Under the pieces are notes generated by a model. It worked only from the letters and a program-made list of their open reading frames with translations, searched no databases and was not told the DNA's origin. A stretch of DNA of 29,341 nt. Origin: Eledone cirrhosa (lineage: Eukaryota). The DNA is taken from contig CAXHJY010001355.1 of assembly GCA_964016885.1 (NCBI GenBank), positions 1 through 29,341 of the forward strand. Direction: 5' to 3'. How positions within the stretch are numbered: position 1 is the stretch's first letter; each line of letters begins with the position of its first letter. A program made the position numbers and the translations under genes. Positions 23,821 through 29,341 of the stretch are shown here, one piece after another.

Positions 23821-24164
23821 ATCATTCTATGTTTTAATTATTTAATTCTACCTATAAAAGAGCTAATTTATAACAACGAACGGAATCATCATTGCTGGAA
23901 TTTTGATAGCAACAATGAAGAATCACATGTTGAACTTTACAAAATCCTGCATATTTTTATTGGTCTTCTAATAGACTGTATTTGTAACGTATTAAAGAAA
24001 CCTTGTCCCTGCGTCACGCTATCATTTGGCCTGCTAGAAATAGCAGTAACAAATTTTCCGAGTCACATCTTTTCTTGCCATGTTTCTAATGAAATACACT
24101 GCATTTGAATTAATTAATAAAGAATTTGGAGGGATTTACTCATAGTATTAATTATTTCATTATT

Positions 24165-24510
24165 AAGGTGGTATGTGTAACTTAACAAATGACTCTTGTA
24201 CCGAAATACGTTGGATGATTTTAATTCGTTCCGGCTCTCTGCTCACTGAGTTCAAATCCCGGCGAGGTCAACTTTGCTTTTCATCCTTTCGAGGTCGATA
24301 AAAAAAATGTACCAGTCTAGTACTGGGGTCTATTCTCCCTTTATATCTCTTTCCCATTTCCTCTCTCTCACTTTCTATCTTTCTCTAGAAGAAATCTGCT
24401 TTACTCAGGCCTAGTGAGGGACGTGCTAAGCCAGACTTAAAATGCCTAAGAAACGCCGTATGTCAACTCGACACCCCGACGACTCTATCAGATGTTACGG
24501 GACCATAGAA
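24165..24510 (+). mobile_element. Meta-like SINE subfamily with an alternative 3' tail (second copy)
   Basis: Colinear with 14200-14478 from TTCCGGCTCTCTGCTCACTGAGTTCAAATCCC to GACTCTATCAGATGTTACGGGACCA. Confidence 0.85.
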
Positions 24511-24825
24511 TACAATACAAATATCTTGCACTATATTATCCAATGTATCCTGAAACAACAACTTTTTGATATTTCTAGTGAGACTTTTACTAATATAAGC
24601 AAGTGAACCAATAACCATTGGTATAAATGAGAATTTTTAATCTGGGAGAAAAGCTGTAAGTTTCGAGGTACTTGTCCGTCTGTATTCTTTTTTTCTCATA
24701 TCTACAGGGCAGTTGACATACACATATGTGTGTATGTGTGTGTGTGATTGTACATAATTGTTTTGTTTGTTTGTTTTTTTGTATTGATTTTTGTATGTAT
24801 GTATGCATGTACTATATGCATGTAT

Positions 24826-25203
24826 GTTTTCTCTTTCTCTTAATTTTGATATTATTTTTTATTGCCACCTTCCCGGTGATAGGGTTGTAAAGAAAAGGAA
24901 ATTATCATCTCTTGTGTAAGCATATATCCATTAAATCGTTAGAATGTTTTACGGATTCTGAAGGTTCCAAATATCGCGACCATTTGTAGCTTATGAATCA
25001 TGGACTGCATTCTTTCTTCACAAATCCAAGTTCAGTTATATTTTAGTAGACGTAGTTTGGTATATAACCTGTAGCTCCAATAACAATAACTATGAAGCTG
25101 AACGTGTATCTTGGATACTGGATATCCTCATAAATGGTCTGTTGGTATTTTGAATCTACTGCATTTTTCTTACTACATTGACATCAAGTGTGCAGCTGAC
25201 GTC
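24826..25203 (-). mobile_element. R4/Dong-type LINE 3' fragment, divergent second family (copy D)
   Basis: Frameshifted translation DVSCTLDVNV...YPRYTFSFIVIVIGATGYIP...ELGF...KLQMVAIFGTFRIRKTF aligns with copy A (EISCPADANI...HPDYTFRSMPVIIGVLGYV...KLGF...KLQVQSINGTVKICKTF). Ends in (CATA)n. Confidence 0.8.
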
Positions 25204-25229
25204 TATATATGTATGTATGTATGTTCTTC

Positions 25230-25501
25230 GTGGAGGCACGTGGCCTAGGGGTAAGTGTGTTGGACTTACGATCATAATGTCGTGGGTTCGATTCCTGGGC
25301 TGCGTGTTGTGTCCTTGAGCAAATCACTTCATTTCACGTTGCTCCAGTATACTCAGCTGAAAATGAGTACCAACAATAGCTGGAGGGTTAACCCTTCGAT
25401 GGACTGGCGTCCTATCCAGGGGTGAGTCTTGTACTCCCAGTCGCTTCACGCCATGAAACCGGGATAAGCACCGGCAAAATGACTTTGGACTTTTTTTTTT
25501 A
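25230..25501 (+). mobile_element. CORE-like tRNA SINE with 11-bp TSD
   Basis: A-box-like TGGCCTAGGGG, B box GGTTCGATTCC and CORE-like GTGTCCTTGAGCAAATCACTTCATTTCAC. TSD GTATGTTCTTC at 25219-25229 and 25502-25512. Confidence 0.92.
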
Positions 25502-25502
25502 G

Positions 25503-26345
25503 TATGTTCTTCTGGTTTTATAATTTTATAACTTTTTACCAATAGAGAGAGAGAGTTGGTTTCTAACACAGATACAAGACTCTCTCACTGGAATGTAAAG
25601 AACATCAACTAAGTAGATATGTATGCATGTATGCATGTGTGTGCAGGTATGGATGTTAATGTATGTGTGGATGCATGTTTTTAGTTATGTGTGTGCATGT
25701 GCATATGCTTTGAGTTATGTGTGTATGTGCATTTACTGTTCCATTAATGGATTGTACTTGTAACTTCCTAACTAGTCATGTTTCTTTTCTGTTCTGTGAA
25801 GCCTAGCTTCTCAAGATATGTACTAAGGCAGTTGCTAACATATCCCAGTGCCCCAATAACCACAGACATAAACCTGAAGGCATAATCATGGTGGAGAATC
25901 TGCAGATTTCTCATTAGTTCTGCATGGATATTCTCCTATTCGCTGATCTTTGATATTATATCGGCATTTGTTGGGCCGCTAACTTCCACTACTGTGCATG
26001 CCTTCTTTTCTCTGTCCCATATCATTATATTTGGTCTGGGCGCCATGCTTTGACGCATAGAGATACGGCCCTTGCCATTCTGAGTTCAAATCCCGCCGAG
26101 GTTAACTTTGCCTGTCATCCTTATGGGGTCGATAAAATAAAGTACCAGTAATACACTGCGTAATTGCTGGCCTTGTACCAAAAGTAGAAACAATTATATT
26201 TGGTCTGATATGCTTGCATTTTATTGGGGTTTTGACTGGAACATTCCACCAGTACTCTTTCATATTATGTGCGTATATGTCTTCCACATTGCTGTAACTT
26301 TTAATGTGTTTATTGTCGGGGCTATCTTTTCTACGTATTGCATCG
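25503..26345 (-). mobile_element. R4/Dong-type LINE 3' fragment (copy B), interrupted by a SINE
   Basis: Colinear with 26479-27155 (e.g. CCATTAATGGATTGTACTTGTAA at 25741 and 26741). Encodes EYWWNVPVKTPIKCKHIRPNII of the RLE domain. Confidence 0.92.
26039..26192 (+). mobile_element. 5'-truncated Meta-like SINE with 15-bp TSD
   Basis: Perfect TSD ATTATATTTGGTCTG at 26024-26038 and 26193-26207. Confidence 0.95.
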
Positions 26346-26367
26346 TACTATATAGGTATGTATGTAT

Positions 26368-26437
26368 GTTCTTCTGGTTTTATATTTTTATAAATGTTTA
26401 CCAATAGAGAGTCGATTTCTATCATAGGCACAAGATG
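26368..26437 (-). mobile_element. R4/Dong-type extreme 3' end only (copy C)
   Basis: GTTCTTCTGGTTTTATA...ACCAATAGAGAGTCGATTTCTATCATAGGCACAAGA matches the termini of copies A and B, and abuts (TATG)n. Confidence 0.85.
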
Positions 26438-26478
26438 TCTATGTATGTGTGTATATATGTACTTATGTATGTATGTAT

Positions 26479-29105
26479 GTTCTTCTGGTTTTATAATTTC
26501 ACAATTTAACAATAGAGAGAGAGTCGGTTTCTAACATAGACACTAGACTTTCTCATTGGAATTTACACATCAACTAGGTAGATATGCATGCATGCATGTG
26601 TAGATATGGATGTTATTTTATGTATGGATACGTATGTTTTGAGTTGTATGTGTACATGTGTATATGCTTTGTATCTGTGCATGTGTATATGCAGTTATTA
26701 GATGCAAAAGTTTTGGAATGTTTTACATATTTTTACTGTTCCATTAATGGATTGTACTTGTAATTTCCTAACTAGTTGTGTCTTTCTGTTCCTGTGAAGC
26801 CTAGCTTCTCAAGATTTGTATTGAGGCAGTTACTAACATACCCCAGTACCCCAATAATCACAGGCATAGATCTGAAGGTGTAATCAGGGTGGAGTATCTG
26901 CAGATTTCTCATCAGTTCTGCATAAATATTTTCCTTTTCGCTAATCTTTGATATTATATTGGCATCTGCTGGGCAGCTAATTTCCACTACTGTGCATGCC
27001 TTCTTTTCCCTGTCCCATATCATAATATCAGGTCTGTTATGCCTGCATTTTATATTCCACCAGTACTCTTTCATATTATGTATATGGATGTCATCCACAT
27101 TGCTGTAGTTTTTAATGCGTTTATTATCGGGGCTATCTTTTCTACGGATTGCATTGTACAGTGTTTGGCCACTACATCTTCTATGTTAATTCTGCAGAGT
27201 CTGCACTTGTTATCACATCTAGGTGTTTTGCCTGCACCGAATATCTCTTTTGTGAATCAGGTATTTCGTGTTAATTTCCTGTTCTTGGATTGCAAAAGCG
27301 TATCCTTCAAAGTGGGAATCAATATAGCGGTTGTTGGTCCAAGATAGACTACTTTCCTTATCTATATTACTCTCACTCTGGAGCTTCCTGGCAACATATC
27401 CGTGTATGATTTTTTGCTGATAAGCATGAAGTTTTTCATCCATGGATTCACTGCGATACTGCTGAGCGACATCCCTGGTTGTGAGTTTTTGATTATCACA
27501 CAGGGAATATCTCTCGAGGAGTTCCTTCCCAACTCTCATGATCTTATCTGTTTCATGCAGATAGACTTACTCGAGAGACGGGCTCCTACGCTTCGAGGTT
27601 CGTAGATGGTGTCGGGGGATAGGATGCGACATTCAAATACTGTCTGGACTGATGTTAGGCCTCTGCTTCCCTGCTTACGTAAAGGCGGTCTATGTCACTG
27701 TTGATGTGGAAGTTTCCGGTGTTGTTTAGTATTTTTCGAGTTCTAACATCAACTACTCTGATTTCGCCTATCGTCCAATTGGGTATTCGAAACGTTGGTG
27801 TTAGGACAGGCACAGCAAACACATTGTGAGCCACTGTTTTGTTTTGCGCAGAGAGTTCCGATGACCAAATCTTTCTTAATCGGGTGTAGTATTCCCTGGT
27901 TACGCGTTCCTTATTACAGATAGCATTATAGGATATGTTCTCATCTATCCCCAGGTATCTGTAGCAGTCCTCATCAGATATCGGTGAAACAGTTAGGCCA
28001 TTGAGACAATGTTGCTAGATTGGGTTGTTGTTTTCCCCCGCTTTACAGTCATATATGAGCATTTATCTTGCCCAAACTCCATTCCTACATCCTTTGAGAA
28101 CGTTGTAACCAGGTCAAGATTTTTCTTCATCCCATCCATGGTCTTGGCATAGAGTTTCAGATCGTCCACAAAGAAATTATGGGTTAGGTTCGTATTCTGT
28201 CCTCCTGTGAGCCAATGATGTATCCTTGACATTTCTTGAGCAGAAAGAACATGGTGTTTAATGACAGGATGAATAATTATCACAGAGAGACTGTCTCCCT
28301 GAAATATACCCCCTGCGATATTTTATTTTACCTGTGAAAATAGAGTCCTCCCTCTCTGTCTTTAACCTTAGGATAGTATCCCAAGAAGAAGACAGCTTCT
28401 CTATGGCTTTGATAATAATGTATGGGATTTAGCAAGCTGGAGGGCCTCTATCATCCAAGAGTGGGGAAGAGAATCGAAAGCTTTCCTGTAGTCCAGCCAG
28501 ACTGTAGCCATATTCCTCCTAAGTTGTCGCACCTCCGACATCACAGTTTTGTTGATTAGGAGTTGTTCAGCACATCCCCAAACCCCTTCTTTCTAGCTGC
28601 TTGTTCATCTGTGATGATGTTATTATTTTCACAGTGATCTTGGAGGAATAGGTTCAGACAGGCTGTATACATCTTATACATCAGGTTTTGGCATGCAACG
28701 GGTCGGTAGTTTTTTGCCAAGTGGGTGTCTTTGTTCTTGGGGACCAGTAATGTTTGTGCTAATGACAACCATTCTAGTATAAGTGTATCTCCCTTAAGAA
28801 CTTGTTGGTAGAGGTCAGTAAGATACCTCCGATAGAATATCAGTATTTTGTACCAGTAGCCGACAATCATGTCTCTTCCTGGTGTTTTTTTTATCTTGGA
28901 CCTTTCCTATCCCAGTCTCAAGGGTACCCTCACTTATTTCGTATGATTTTGTTGTAGTGTAGGAGCAATAGTTCTTTCGGATTTCTTTTAGCCACGCTGC
29001 ATCTTGGTTGAAATTCTTCTTTTCACCCCATATTTTTCTCCAAAAGGAATCTATGTCTTTTTGGGATGGGGCCTCAGTGACACTTATTATTTTGTCCTTC
29101 ATATC
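26479..29105 (-). mobile_element. R4/Dong-clade (RLE) non-LTR retrotransposon, 5'-truncated and frameshifted (copy A)
   Basis: RT motifs NYRPVACQNLMYK, WLDYRKAFDSLPHSW, GIFQGDSLS, FVDDLKLYA and YRYLG. Partial zinc knuckle CRLC. RLE motif RPDIMIWD...VEISCP. 3'UTR ends ATAAAACCAGAAGAAC-(ATAC)n. Confidence 0.95.
26697..29102 (-). pseudogene. Disrupted reverse transcriptase / restriction-like endonuclease ORF of the Dong element
   Basis: Split across the ORF-track pieces 28815-29102, 28556-28870, 27993-28283, 27219-27539 and 26772-27098, in different frames with stops. Confidence 0.92.
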
Positions 29106-29109
29106 TCTA

Positions 29110-29260
29110 TAGAACCTGTCGCATGTTCGGGTCGTCGGCGACTAAACCGGCAACCCCACCAGGTTTACTTGGTGAGGAGGGTGATTTTGGACACTCTGCA
29201 GAACAAAAAACAAAACCTGAAAAAGGGCGGAAGAACTCATAAGAGTCAACGGGCCATACA
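29110..29260 (+). mobile_element. GC-richer structured segment, possibly the leader of another retroelement (RTE-like)
   Basis: Abrupt compositional change at the Dong 5' truncation. Hairpins CACCAGG/TTGGTG and ACTC-ATAA-GAGT. The family assignment rests on recollection only. Confidence 0.3.
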
Positions 29261-29341
29261 AAAGTGTGTAAATATGTATATACACATGAACATATATATG
29301 TATATTGCGCGGGGGACATAGAAAAAGTCAGACTGGACACC

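Noticed and set aside
25230-25310. tRNA gene
   Set aside because: The A and B boxes belong to a SINE head that continues into a CORE-like domain and is flanked by a TSD. There is no proper acceptor stem.
29110-29260. HDV-like ribozyme at a retroelement 5' end
   Set aside because: I could not assemble the nested double-pseudoknot by eye. An Infernal or RNArobo HDV-descriptor search would settle it.

Overview
AT-rich animal genomic DNA, saturated with (TA)n, (GT)n, (GA)n, (TATG)n and trinucleotide microsatellites. The SINE families resemble those I recall from Octopus (coleoid cephalopod); this is inference, not a database result. The window reads as intronic or intergenic. Almost all ORF-track entries are microsatellite translations. 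Real content: (1) a frameshifted, 5'-truncated R4/Dong-type (RLE) non-LTR retrotransposon at about 26.5-29.1 kb on the minus strand, heading a head-to-tail pile-up of four Dong-type 3' ends separated by (TATG)n; (2) about 18 tRNA-derived SINE copies or fragments (Meta-like and CORE-like), some with clear target-site duplications (TSDs), one subfamily sharing a 3' motif with the Dong element; (3) three RTE-clade 3' fragments and a hAT/Charlie MITE; (4) two minimal type-I hammerhead-ribozyme-like motifs at 15.6-16.2 kb, one with the compensatory U3-A8 core; (5) a 2.5-kb GGT/GAT/AGT satellite with higher-order units; (6) candidate minus-strand exons of an unidentified host gene (25-nt microexon at 21426-21450 and 169-nt exon at 8062-8230, phase-compatible).
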